The position numbers were made by a program, and so were the translations under genes. DNA of 64,000 nucleotides, taken from contig JAVBOA010000008.1 of assembly GCA_031551135.1 (NCBI GenBank), forward strand, positions 10,563 to 74,562, in the 5' to 3' direction. This DNA is from Eubacteriales bacterium (GTDB lineage Bacteria > Bacillota > Clostridia > Lachnospirales > JAITVM01). The notes below the pieces were generated by a model. The model did no database searches, had not been told where the DNA came from, and saw nothing but the letters and a program-made list of their open reading frames with translations. Shown here in pieces: positions 63,717 through 64,000 of the stretch (the first letter of the stretch is position 1; each line of letters opens with the position of its first letter).

Positions 63717-64000
63717 TCAGATTTTTGTCTTTTGCAGTATTTTCCTCTGTTGCTCAAAAATGTATTGAACAATCACGTCTTGTTCTGTTTTTTGAATCCC
63801 GATAAATTCAACGCGGTACTGAAATTTATAATTTGATTTCGGAAAAAATTGTTTTTGAAGTATTTTTCCGTCAGCAATTATTACCTCAGTATTTAAAATA
63901 ATAGCCACTTTAATTTTGTCGTTTTCGGCAAGCGGTTCGTTTGAAACAAATTTCAAGCCGCCGCCGCCGATATCTTTTATTATTCCCTCAAAAGTTCTAA
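63717..64000 (-). CDS. PilZ-domain (YcgR/flagellar brake-like) protein, C-terminal part; the N-terminus lies beyond the right edge
   Basis: The frame stays open to the window end. Reading upstream of the track start gives ...RTFEGIIKDIGGGGLKFVSNEPL, which is the DxSxxG-type PilZ motif. It sits next to cheC/cheD. Confidence 0.7.
   Translation of the reverse strand, partial: RTFEGIIKDIGGGGLKFVSNEPLAENDKIKVAIILNTEVIIADGKILQKQFFPKSNYKFQYRVEFIGIQKTEQDVIVQYIFEQQRKILQKTKI

Noticed and set aside
1-64000. Prophage, IS element, integrative element or known defence island anywhere in the window.
   Set aside because: I found no integrase, transposase, recombinase, capsid, tail or terminase gene, no restriction-modification genes, no cas genes, no toxin-antitoxin pair and no reverse-transcriptase ORF on either strand. 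Gene content is core-like throughout.

Overview
AT-rich, low-GC Firmicutes/Clostridia-like chromosomal segment from a spore-forming, flagellated organism. It is densely coded and mostly housekeeping. From left to right it holds: the clpB 5' end preceded by an RHH-domain gene; a surface-protein pair that includes a 933-aa phosphodiester-glycosidase protein; a complete nine-gene V-type ATPase operon in Enterococcus hirae ntpFIKECGABD order, with the Na+-site residues conserved in the K subunit; a large SLH-anchored beta-helix surface protein; an rseC / two-domain PPK2 / DUF402 operon; and assorted metabolic and membrane genes (TauE, GNAT, PhzF, YajC, CPBP protease, 5'-nucleotidase, RsuA-like, M42 peptidase, YccF, ThiI, PspC-domain). 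These are followed by canonical pyrB-pyrI, a SWIM + SNF2 helicase pair, an Lsa-like ABC-F gene with a leader peptide and attenuator, ddh, and hemolysin III. Next is an lspA-rluD-pyrB'-pyrC' block in which the dihydroorotase-like protein has lost every metal ligand and the ATCase-like protein has a degenerate carbamoyl-phosphate site. The right part carries aroB, a CNNM/TlyC protein, telA, nth, a B12/radical-SAM enzyme, tRNA-Pro(CGG), VanW, tRNA-Gly(GCC), the spoIIAA-spoIIAB-sigF operon, and the distal end of a flagellar/chemotaxis operon (PilZ, cheC, cheD, sigD/fliA plus unknown small genes). No transposase, integrase, phage gene, CRISPR array or recognisable defence system was seen. The most unusual signal is non-coding: a ~115-nt palindromic intergenic repeat with 8 full-length copies and about 5 truncated or mini copies in 64 kb. 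Its inner hairpin is kept Watson-Crick by compensatory double substitutions between copies. I cannot assign it to any named repeat, MITE or RNA family from memory.
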